Source: Chiloscyllium plagiosum (lineage: Eukaryota). From it: a stretch of 64,000 bases of DNA. Made by a program: the position numbers and the translations under genes. A model generated the notes under the pieces. That model worked only from the letters and a program-made list of their open reading frames with translations, searched no databases and had not been told where the DNA came from. Each line of letters opens with the position of its first letter. Position 1 is the first letter of the stretch. Positions 52,769 to 63,934 of this stretch are shown here, piece by piece. The stretch is from the NCBI RefSeq assembly GCF_004010195.1, contig NC_057756.1:1278672-1342671 (forward strand), in the 5' to 3' direction.

Positions 52769-55249
52769 CTGGTATGGGAAGATTAGAACAAGACAGAGAC
52801 CGTAGTTCACATACTCTCATCCACAAACTTAACTTACATTATGCAGTGTACTCTTCACTTCGATATTATAGAACTGCACAACCTTATAAAAACTGGCCCA
52901 ATGCTATGTGTGTGCGTGTTTAGGGGGGGTGGGGGGCGGTTGTATCTCTGAACGAGTGAACAAATCAATCCCAAAATCCTCTTGTCTGTTGACCTTTTTA
53001 AATGCCATCTGGTTTGGGAAAAATGTACATTTCATAGTTATGATTTCACCTTCTCACATGTTTCCTAAGACAGTATTCACTTGTCATAACAAGCCTTTCT
53101 TGTTAGATGTGCGATTTTAAGGCTTTTATTCAGAAACATGCTTGAAGAATACTGAACTATGTCGAGATGAATGTAATTGAACCATAATCAAACATAATGC
53201 CAGAATAATCTTGAAAGACTGTGATAGATGCAAAATAAAAGGCAAACTAAACTAGATAGCCTCATGCTAAAACAAAATGAACACGCAGGATTCTATGACC
53301 TTCCATTGATATGGAACAAGCTATGGAGGGCAGAAAGCAGCTCATTGTGCCAGTGTATGAGACCGGATATGTAATTCCTTGTAACTATATCAAACACTGA
53401 CAAAAAAAGATTTGTCTATGTACAGATGTAAGACTGGAAGTCTATTCGTTAGAGAAGATAAGAAAGGAAAAGGAAACAAAAACTTTTCATATTCTCTGCA
53501 ACCTGTCACACTTGCTGATGGAATGTGGTGCTGGGTGATTGAACAGCCTCATCGAATCTAGTTGTCATTATCAGCTTAGGCATTCTCTGTGATATGCCGG
53601 GTGAACTCACTTGTCAAACAACCATCAGTCTAATTTTATACATTATCAATGTTGTATTTCCCTTAAAGACCTATTCTTGGAAATTGTACTTCTGAGGGCA
53701 AGACAGACGTTTTGCAAAACATGTATTACACATCACAATTTCCACAGCCAACAATATTATCTACATTCTCGGATGTAGACTCATTCTTAGACTCATTCAT
53801 TATGCCAAAGGAGTTGAAAGAGAACATAATGATTAGCTTAGCAAACAAACAAAAAAAAAGTTAAACTGGGTAATGGCTAATTTCTAGAAGGAATAATCCC
53901 AGACAAGCTTAATACACAGTTGGTGAAATTCAGATTAATTAATGAATACAATAAAAAAAACTGAATCTGTCTAAGACAAAACGTGTTTAAGTATCTTATG
54001 AGAGCTTCCCTTTTCACAATGGAATACAGAGAGTGAATGAGGGCAACAGTGTTAATTTGAAGTGCATTTATTACTAATAAGGCATTTGCCTGTATGCCAC
54101 ACAATTGACATCAATTCTAATCTAAAGCTTATTGAATAATGCCTCCAAATATTCGTAGTGAGGTGGATGATGCATTTAACAAGAAATTTGCAAAAGGGCA
54201 TTGCAGTGGTCAAATATAACTTTAATCTGCTGATAGACTGGGCAAACTACGTTTGGATTGATACTGTGATCGATAAATTCCTGATGAGTGGATTAGCTCC
54301 TGAAACACTGTTTCTGAGTGGTGGAGTCATGTTCAACCGAGTAAACGAAGCAGATTTGCCATATGTCCTCACAAAAACAGGTAGGGACAACTATTTATGG
54401 AGAAGTGGCGGAATCACTCCTTTTGTGAGTGAGAACACACAGGGTCAGACAAATAATTGCAATTAATGTGAAAATACTGTGATTGTCACAAACGTGCTAT
54501 TTCTTTCCAGTCAGTGGTACTGAAACACGTGTGTGTTGACTTCTTGTTGCAGAAATCACGCCTTTCGAACCGGAATTCGCTCTGAGGACGACCATACTTG
54601 ATTAGCTGATTGCCCATTCCATTTGCAGTTATCCACTTCCTGCTGGAACGGCCACACTTTATTTATGTCTTTCGAAAACCAGAGTCGACTCATTGTATCC
54701 TGCCTTCCTATTCAGAGTGGAGTTCCAGTGAAGGCATCTGCAGCATCACAATTTTCAATGTCTGCTGCCGTGATCCAACGAGGTTAAACTTGAAATTATA
54801 TTGTGGTTCTCTCAAATAGAATGATTCTGTCCCTTTGTGCCTGCCTGGTATTTGCGCATCAAGCCTGCTCCGCCTCCAATAGGCTCAGAGCTGATCTGAA
54901 TACAGGTTTTAATACTATATTCTCCTGCAGCCCTAATCATCAACAGTACCCCCGCTAAGAACTGCAAGAATGGGTTATGCAACAGAGGTACCCCACTTTT
55001 TACTATTATCAGATTTAGCATCTACATCTTCAATCCAAACAATGCACAGCAATTTCGGCAAGTAACCCTATGCTCGGCATAATTGACTGCTTTGTAGGCA
55101 GTGGAGAATTTTGGAAGACAAGTTGAGAAACCGGTGAGACAAGACATCTTGTGTCCTGAAGAATTCTGCAACACTTTCCCATGTTTTGCACCTCAATTCC
55201 TCTCTCCACGCAACTGTAGTAATTGGAAGACAAGATTAGGCACGAATAC

Positions 55250-55442
55250 ATGGGAACAGCAGAAGACTATTCAGTATAAAATATGCTCCACCAATCAATT
55301 AGATCAATGCTGAACTCTCAGCTCGAGTTTCCTCCTTTATACCCCGTTAATCTTAATTCCCTTACTGATTAGAAATCTCTCCATTTCAGTCTTGAATATT
55401 TGCATTCTTTCTGCGGTAAATAATTCCACATTCCCATTAGTC

Positions 55443-55477
<35 letters not shown>

Positions 55478-55750
55478 AATGATTCTGAACTGTATTTTAA
55501 ATGGATGATTCCTTGTTCAAAGGTTACATACTCTTTCCGAGGCTCTTCCACCGAAGGAAACAACCTCTGAACGTACACCCCGTTAAGACCCATACCAACA
55601 TCAAATGGTTCAATAAGGTCTCCATGCATTGTTTTCAACTGCAATGAGTGCAAGTCTACACTGATTCATCTTTCGTAATTTGAAAATCCTTCAAAGTCTG
55701 GGATCAATCTGATGATACTCATCTGGACTCACTCTAACGCCAATATATTT
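55250..55750 (-). mobile_element. Old CR1 3' remnant containing a (TG)n(GA)n microsatellite (55443-55477)
   Basis: ORF 55369..55653 (LKTMHGDLIEPF...RLFPSVEE...WNYLPQK). Confidence 0.7.
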
Positions 55751-56333
55751 TAAAGCTTACATCCACATCAAGATCATCCTTTGGGCCATAATCCGATTAT
55801 TGTTTGATATCCTCGCTTGTGCTTCTCCTTCAGTAGTCCAGTTTCCTTTCCCTCATAGTTAGGTAATTTTGATCATGATAATCCTACACTCGGGTTTTAT
55901 TTGTCTCAGGCCATTTAAATTAAAAACAAATGGCCGACGTGTTGCCTCGTCAACTACAACAATTGCCAACACCTTATTAATTCTGGAATAAGGGTTGATT
56001 TTTAGCACACTAGGAGAAATTAATGGTCTTAACATTATATATTTTGTCAAAGTGCACAAAATTATGGTGATCAATCTCGAGACGTTTTGCAATGATTTTA
56101 TAATATTTCTTTTCATATGATCAGATGTAAATAATTGCTTCCCAGAATGCTTCACAATGTATTTTTCTGAGAAAGGTTTCTGAATATACTCATCTTCGAA
56201 TACAGCTTAGAATTACAATTTGTCAAAGAACTTACAAATTTGAAGACCACATTTCCGATTATGCCTGCAATACCTTTACAAACCTGAGTTATTTCAAAAT
56301 ATTTATGTTATCATAGGCAGATTTAAGAAATTG

Positions 56334-56543
56334 GGAGTGTGGTGCTGGAAAAGCACAGCTGGCCAGTCAGCATCTGACGTGCAGGAGAATCGACGTTTTG
56401 GGCAAAATCCCTTAACCAGAATGAAGGTCTTTTGCCCAAAATGTAGATTTTGCGGCTTCTCGGATGCTTCTCGCATGCAGTGCTTTTCCAGCACCACAGT
56501 CTCGACTCTCAACTCCAGCATTTGCAGTGCTCACTTTCTCCCT
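56334..56543. mobile_element. Penelope-like pLTR inverted pair
   Basis: 14-bp TSD gatttaagaaattg at 56320-56333 and 56544-56557; both hammerhead motifs are decayed. Confidence 0.85.
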
Positions 56544-56920
56544 GATTTAAGAAATTGTTTGGGAAGCATCAGAAACAACGTGCAATAAAATGTTTGACAG
56601 CAAGCACACTTGTATTTTTGATAGGATTAAGTTCAGTTTGTATATGACTTTTCTGCAAATCAGCTGAATCAAAGGTCTTTTTCTTTGTGAGAACATTCTG
56701 TGAGCATCTCATCAAAAGGCCTAATATGGGAGCAAAATGCTTTCGCTTCTGTCAATCTAATATAAGACCAAAATGAAAATAAGAGTTGTTAGTACATAAT
56801 CTATCAACCAACATCAATGCAGAAAGAGTCTCTTGTCTCCCTGCCTATGTTCGTCAGTTGTGCATGTTTGTACAGCATTAACATAATTTCCATAACCCCC
56901 TTTTCAAAGGATATGTTTAC

Positions 56921-56947
56921 CTTTCTCTTTCCGAATGATTTCTTCTG
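56921..56947 (-). CDS. Micro-exon, 27 nt (AEEIIRKEK); acceptor position uncertain
   Basis: ctcaactaaaAG|cagaagaaatcattcggaaagagaaag|GTaaac. A tandem AAGCAG acceptor would give 24 nt, also in frame. The polypyrimidine tract is weak. Confidence 0.6.
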
Positions 56948-57607
56948 CTTTTAGTTGAGACCAAGCCATTTGGTTAAAATCGTTCACTGACATGAAACTG
57001 TGTTGATTTGCATACCAAACATTTCTTCTAAAAAAAAAGTTCAAACCTATGAAAGTATCGTCCAAAGGATAAACTCTAATTTGATCACATATAGACCCAT
57101 AAAGGAGACGCAGAGCGGAGGAGGAAAAGTGATGGGACATTGGTTGCAATTAAGTATCAACGTCCAAAGTGAAAAAAAAGGGGCGAAGTCCTTATATTGT
57201 GAATAAGCAAATCTGTAACAACACAAACCATGAATGTTCAGAAGTGAGGCTCTCGCCTTGAAACGTTTTGGGCAGCAGTGACAGAGAGGCCGCACCAAAT
57301 GGATAACACTGGCAGCCGTAACTAAGGACTGCCAACACCAAAGACTTGGATGGCTTGCACAATTGTGCACCTTGGGACTTCATCTTTATTTTCCATGGTG
57401 CAGAAGGCTGCCAGACAGGACGCATGACATCTATCTAAGCCTATTTAATGCACTCACGATGATGCTGTAGACAAGAATGCAGCTGGCTGCCTTCCTTGCA
57501 AATGCTCGCAAATGCAAGCTGCATTTGTTTTACTCGACTGCTGGGGAGATGGAGACACTCCTGTTCCCTCGAAACAGAGATAGGAGAACTCTCCATAACT
57601 AAATATG

Positions 57608-57742
57608 GTGTGGAGATGTCAATATTAGTGTGGGATGGGCAAAGACAGAAGTCACACTTCACCTGACGAAGGAGTAGCACTCAGAAAGCTTGTGATTTCA
57701 AATAAACCTTTTGGAATATAACCTGGTGTCGTGTGACTTCAG
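57608..57742 (+). mobile_element. Third Penelope-like pLTR family with hammerhead motif (57660-57694)
   Basis: cac-CTGACGA-a-ggag-tagca-ctca-GAAA-gctt-gtg; gaagtcacac / gtgtgacttc inverted ends. Confidence 0.7.
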
Positions 57743-59359
57743 AACGAAACAAACCAAAGTATATGTCATACATCAGGGAAGCAGACCTGGAATTCTTTGG
57801 CTCACATGGATTCAGTACAGTCAGGGTTCAATAAAATTCTTTACTCTGATACAAACAAAAATAATGGAACAGTAGCTGAATGATCTCCCAGTACCACCAA
57901 TCGTTCACAAGCGTTCAGTGTGGAGTACATCTCCTGGAGTACTGGCTGGTTATATAACTGGTCCATCAGGAAAAGCCTGACTTAACAATTTCAGCCTTGT
58001 ACATACGAGACAATTATTTCCCTGTTCTTACACATGGAACATGGGATGGTCCTGTTCTTTTAGTCTCATAGGTTATTCTCATAAATATGAAAACAAACAA
58101 TCATTATTAGAGGACTTCTGCCTACATCTCAGTGACAGGTGGACTTCTTTAACACCTGTCGTGATGCCTCCTGCCCTCACTGCTCTTGTTCAATTTTGTC
58201 ATACGGATGCTTTGGCTCAAGGATTTGGGATTGAGAGTTTACGGGAGTATTGAAGATGCATAAAGATTTCTTTGAATAGTCATCTGCTGTGGATGTCATT
58301 AGTTGTGCCAAGATTTTGTTAATCACTGTTAATTGCCTGTTAGTGATCTTCTTGAATCTGCTTGGTTCATTTCGTGGAGGTTCACCCATAATCGTGTTAG
58401 GGCGGGATATCAAGGATTTTCGCTCATCAACTCAGTCTTACTAATGAGTATGTAATATTTCTGGTTAGCAAGTGATTCATATTGATTCAAAAAGACTTAA
58501 GTTGGCTCTTTAGTGGAATTCTCAGAAAATTCGAGCATTTCCCCTTTTGAAGATACAGAAAATGATTACATTGTGTGCTTTCCATGACCACACATTTTCC
58601 AAATTTCCACTTTCTAACAAATAAGTACAATTTCCCCATTGTACTTCTCCATTTATGATTTTGAATGTATGTGAGTTTGTCCCGGTAAGTGCATGAATAA
58701 AGATTATTGATGTCATCTCTCTTTTTCTTCAGCAGATCAGATTCAGTCTCCTTTCTAGACTTACTAGTTTTCTTCCATCCAATAGTAAAGCAGAGCACAT
58801 TTGCAAACACCTATTTCTTGCCAGACAGAGATTTTCTTCTGGTCTCCGAGTTTAGCAAATAACTTAAGTGTGTACGTTAACTAAAGTCGCTTGATTTCTG
58901 AAATGATATCAGAAGAGGGAATTGATTGGTGCAGTTTGTAGTTATCGACTGAAGAGAAGAGTAATTGAAGACTGTGTATATAATGTTCATCTGAGGCTTT
59001 AGTCTACACTATATCTCTTGTAAATTGCACAGTTTTGGTTTATTACCCACAATAACACTTAAAAAGCAGCAACTCAATTAGCACTTATACTATAAGAGCA
59101 ATAATATTTTAAATTTACGCATGTAACTGAAATCAATTGACAACTGAATAATTCTGGTAAGTCAGTCATTGGTTTTCTAACCACGTTCATATTATTTATG
59201 TGGTTGTGGAAGGACATGCAGGTTTTGAAAAACAAATGCTGCAATTTGTATCGGACTTGTTGAGTGGAGGCAGATGATTGAGGTATGAAAAAGCCGGATT
59301 GTGTTGCTATTGGACAGTGCTGCTGCTGCCTTTAGAAGTCCAGGCGGCGATGTGTTGCT

Positions 59360-59870
59360 TTGTAACTCTGTGATATAATTATAGACTTTAAGTGCAGCTC
59401 AGAGGACGTTTACCAAACTTGTAACTGGAAGGGAATGTTGCCTTATTGAAGAAGGGTTTGGCAGGCTAAACTTGAGCTAACTGAAGATTAAAAGAGTGAC
59501 AGTCAATATCAATGAAAGTTTAGAAAGAAAGAGGCGCTTGCCGGGGCAAACATGGAGAAGATTATTCCTTTAATGAAACAATATTGACCTAGTTTACGGT
59601 ATAAAGGCACGTGAATCCTAATAAAAAACATAAATTAAGTGAATTCTACTTTTGCAGTTAGTGGAGAGTCTTTCAAGCTTTCTTCTTGAGAAGACAGTAG
59701 AAGCAGAACCTTTGAATATTTTTAAGAACAGGATGTCAAGTGGTGGAAAGCTTTCAGTGTTAGGCAATAATCTGTATTTACGGTTTCATTAAGGTCAAGC
59801 AAGATCTAAGTAAATGGTGAATCATGCTTGAGGCTCCAAATGGCCCAGTCCTGTTCCTTGTTGAATGCTC
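59360..59870 (+). mobile_element. Old CR1 3' remnant
   Basis: Decayed gtgcagctcagaggacgtttacca and gtagaagcagaacctttgaatatttttaag motifs; ends tggcccagtcctgttcct. Confidence 0.6.
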
Positions 59871-60585
59871 ACGTAACGAAAATTAAGATCGAATCTTTTG
59901 CTGACTGTTTGGTGTGCACAAAAATAATTATTTCAATAAACTCGATTCGTTCTGTTCTTTTTCTGCCATAATTGAGCGGACAATGTCACAGATAATTTTT
60001 TTCCACTCCTCCCCGTACCAAATTATCAATGAAAGAATGCATTCACTTGCAAAATTTCAAGAAACGTAAACTGTCCAGATTCATAATCAAAAAGCTGATG
60101 AACTTGAACTAGTGCTGAGTCACTTCAAGTACATCAATTTGCATGGGCTGAGTTGAGTCACGTCCAGTCCACCAATGTTTCTCTCCACTACTTCATTTTC
60201 GAAAAGCGTGTGGACCCTATTCCGACATCACTGCCCTTCAGAAGTGGAATTCTCCCAGTTATTCAGGAAGATAATTGTCAACTCAAATTTCAAATACATG
60301 ACTCTTAATCAGATTGATGTTTCATTTTTTGGTTCTGTTCTCAGATATATAATAGTTAATAACGATTTTTTTAATGACAATTTTCAGGCCACTTTGACTT
60401 TTCTGCTCGGTTGTGCGTGGGGTTGCTTAGAGACTATTAAATTATTTCTGGGAACAGGAGAACAGTCTTGGAGGGTTGGCAACTGTAGGCATTTATGGTA
60501 CAATCTTCTGTACATTTGCAGGGAAAGTTGGTTCATATTCATCGCACATAATATCCTTCTTGACTACTTTAACTAGATTCCTTAC

Positions 60586-60621
60586 CTGCTGCTTCCAATT
60601 GGGTCTGCAGTTTTGTTGTGT
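60586..60621 (-). CDS. Micro-exon, 36 nt (DTTKLQTQLEAA)
   Basis: ctaattcgccgtttcAG|acacaacaaaactgcagacccaattggaagcagcag|GTaagg; phase 1-1. Confidence 0.85.
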
Positions 60622-61189
60622 CTGAAACGGCGAATTAGTCTTTTTCAGTAATGCTGCCTCATCTCCCAAAGGGCCATACACGAAATCAAGAAGTTACCGT
60701 CTTCTTATATTTCAGATGCGTAATCCAGATTCAGATTCCTCCTTGACCATTTAATGAATTGACTTTTCTCCTATCTGTGCACTTAGTTTTCAATAGTTTG
60801 AATAATAAGAACCTACAGAAGCTTTTAACATCGATAATCTTTCCAATAGATTTATCTTTCAATTTATTAATTCATACAGTTATTGCTTCTTTGACCATTC
60901 CATATCGGTCAACTGTCTTTGCTATTATTTCTTAGATCACCAATAGCAATGCAGTGTCTCATTGATGACCACTTTTAAGACTATACTTTCGTTTAATTTG
61001 CTTCGTTATTCTGTGCTTTCTTTGCTCAATATCATCAATTTAATAGTTGTTAAAAGTTGCATCCAGATTTGTTTGCTCCTCTGCATTGCTTGTTGGTTGC
61101 AAATTCTTTTAGACCTTTAAAGCATGTAAACGTCAAGGTATACGTTCGAATATTTTGCATTATCTATGGAATCTGAGTTTGCTAGTTAA

Positions 61190-61855
61190 CAGTCATACAG
61201 AACAGCACGTAAACAAAACTTGCAGTTCTTGCCGAACAGACACCCTAACCTAATCTTATCCCAGTTGCCAGCTCTTAGTCAATATCCCTCTGAACCCATC
61301 CTATTCATATACCTATCCAGATGCCTTTTCAATGTTGCAATTGTACCAGCCCCCACCACTTCCTCTGGTACTCATTCCATACACGCACCATTATCTGCAT
61401 GAAAAAGTTGCCCTTAGGACCCTTTTGTATCTTACCTTTCTCCCCCTAAATCTATGCCATCTCGTTTGAGTTCCCACATTTCAGGGAAAATACCTTGTCT
61501 ATTTATCCTATTCATGCCTTCATGATTTTCTAAACCTCTTGAAGGCTACCTTTAGCAACCGCTGCTCCGGGAAAACAGCCCTATCCTACTCAGCCTCTCC
61601 CGATAGCTCAAATCCTCCAATACTGGCAACATTCTTGTAAATCTTTTCGGAACCCTTCCAAGTTTCACAACATTCTTCTGAAAGAAAGAGACCGTAATTG
61701 CACACAATATTCCAAAAGTTGCCAAGCCAATGTCCTGTGCAGTCGCAACATGACCTCTCAACTCCTGTACTGAATGCTCTGACCAATAAAGGAAAGCATA
61801 CCATACACCTTCTTCATTATCTTATCTGCCTGGGACTCTACTTCTAAGGAACTAT
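61190..61855 (-). mobile_element. CR1 3' portion
   Basis: ORF 61552..61761 (RVPKRFTRMLPVLEDLSYRERL); same family as the copy at 22570. Confidence 0.9.
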
Positions 61856-62116
61856 ATGAGTATAGAGTCTAAACTAAAAAGCCTGGACTTTGGGGAAAGA
61901 GCTCATAAGATAACTAATGTTTTCTGTCGAGTTTGGTGGCTTGGGTGAAACTGCCGTCGGGATAATGCCAAGAAGCTTTCAGTACAAATAAACTAGTTAA
62001 CAATCCATGGACAAAAGTTCAAATTCCAGAATGTTAACTGGTGCAGGTTAAATTTAAAAATTAATCCCTCTTGAACGAAGAATCTCGTGAGGCCAAACTG
62101 CCCCATGACAGTGTTA

Positions 62117-62620
62117 AATAGAACATAGAACATAGAACAATACAGCACAGAACAGGCCCTTCGGCCCACGATGTTGTGCCGAACATTTGTCCTAGCTTAA
62201 GCACCCATCCATGCACCTATCCAATTGCCACTTAAAGGTCACCAAAGATTCTGACTCTATCACTCCCACAGGCAGCGCATTCCATGCCCCCACCACTCTC
62301 TGGGTAAAGAACCCACCCCTGACATCTCCCCTATACCTTCCACCCTTCACCTTAAATTTATGTCCCCTTGTAACACTCTGTTGTACCCGGGGAAAAAGTT
62401 TCTGACTGTCTACTCTATCTATTCCTCTGATCATCTTATAAACCTCTATCAAGTCACCCCTCATCCTTCGCCGTTCCAATGAGAAAAGGCCTAGCACTCT
62501 CAACCTATCCTCGTACGACCTATTCTCCATTCCAGGCAACATCCTGGTAAATCTTCTCTGCACCCTCTCCAAAGCTTCCACATCTTTCCTAAAGTGAGGC
62601 GACCAGAACTGCACACACTA
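62117..62620 (-). mobile_element. Young 5'-truncated CR1 with uninterrupted ORF2 C-terminus
   Basis: ORF 62192..62614 (140 aa, QFWSPHFRKDVEALERVQRRFTRMLPG...WNALP) has no stops; clean (ttctatg)n tail; CpGs retained. Confidence 0.95.
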
Positions 62621-62649
62621 TCTATAGATTGATTTCTTTTCAAAAATTC

Positions 62650-63060
62650 ACTGTTTTGCACATCACTGGCTGACCAGCATTTATTGCCCATTTCTAGTTA
62701 GTTTTGAAAAGGTGATGGTGCGATGCCTTCCTAAACTGCTGCAGTTCAAATACTTTAGATTGACCCAGAATGCCGTTTTGAAGAGCATCACAGGTCTTTG
62801 ACCAGGTGATAGTGAAGGATAGGAGGTTTCCTATCTTGCAGGGGATCTTGCAGATGGTGATGCCCATAGCGAACTGCTGTCTGTGCTTCTGTATGAAACC
62901 GTCGTGGGTTTGGAAGGTGCTGTCTAAGGATCTTTGGTAAATTTCTTCAATTCATCTTTCACAGTACTACCGCTGAGCGTTGGTAGTAGAGGCAGTACAT
63001 GCTGGTGTTTTAGGTGCCAAAGATGCAAGATGCTTTGTCCCCAGTGGTGTAAATGAATGT
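62650..63060 (-). mobile_element. 3' end of the second LINE family
   Basis: cactggctgaccagcatttattgccca...gtgggtttggaaggtgctgtctaagga matches 42885-43180. Confidence 0.75.
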
Positions 63061-63149
63061 TGTTTGGACCTGCAACCCATCCATTGAGAGTTCTTCTTAC
63101 GAAGATCTATGCATTTCTGACTCTGCCGCTCAGCCCTGGACCAATTGGT

Positions 63150-63440
63150 TATATTCGCTGCTTGAGTTTGAATGTCCGAGTTGAAGTCCATTTTCAGGAC
63201 TTGAACACGAAGGAAAATATGTTAAGGGAATTCTGTCTGTTGAAAATTGCTTTTCATAAGATATTACAAAGCCAGATGCTGACGTTACTATCGGTAGAAA
63301 TATTTCATCCAATTGTACTGTTCCAAAGAAGAGCAGAGGAGCTTGCTCCTATCACGAATTAATAATTTTCAATTATGTCACATAAGTAGTCCTAGTGTTT
63401 TAAAACAAAAGTCATAACCATTGTCATTGATCGCTGGTAG
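63150..63440 (+). mobile_element. Highly decayed ancient SINE, possibly Deu-domain type (AmnSINE/SacSINE-like)
   Basis: gttgaagtccattttcaggacttgaacac...ttccaaagaagagcagaggag resembles my recollection of the Deu-SINE consensus; not verified by alignment. Confidence 0.45.
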
Positions 63441-63907
63441 TTCCCTCTTTAACGTTTTTTCAGATTTTCCTGAACACTACTTCCCAGTATTAGGCATAAT
63501 ATTCTATCTGAGGCCTGATATAGAACTTCTAACATCACAGTTTCATTTCTATGTTTTGATATTCCCTGCCATCTTTCGAAATGCCGGTGCCACGTGAGTT
63601 TTTACTTTGTTTAAAGTTGTTTATGAAATAGTCCATAAAAATTGCTTATTTGGACAGTAGGATTTGTTTGTTCATTTGGAACATCCAGAGGCTTGCTATG
63701 CTTTTGACAGTGAAATGCTTTGCTTCAAGTTGAATTTTGAAGACTTGCTAAAGAATGTAAACCAAACTGATCTATTCCAGGAATGTGTCCAAAACTACAT
63801 ACTATAAGAGTTAGCACTATCATTTATTTCAATATCATATATTTACTTTCAATTAAAATATGCAGTCACACCGTCCACTAAAACAAATGATGGCTCCACT
63901 TGCTTAC

Positions 63908-63934
63908 CTCCAGTTTTGCATTTATCCTCCAATT
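63908..63934 (-). CDS. Micro-exon, 27 nt (xLEDKCKTG), most 5' exon visible in the window
   Basis: atatttgatcttctAG|aattggaggataaatgcaaaactggag|GTaagc; phase 1-1. Confidence 0.82.

Noticed and set aside
56236..56264. AG..GTAAGT-bounded minus-strand segment
   Set aside because: 29 nt, not frame-symmetric.
58765..58810. Candidate exon within ORF 58487..58810 with a consensus GTAAGT donor
   Set aside because: 46 nt with a purine-rich acceptor; incompatible with the phase-1 chain.
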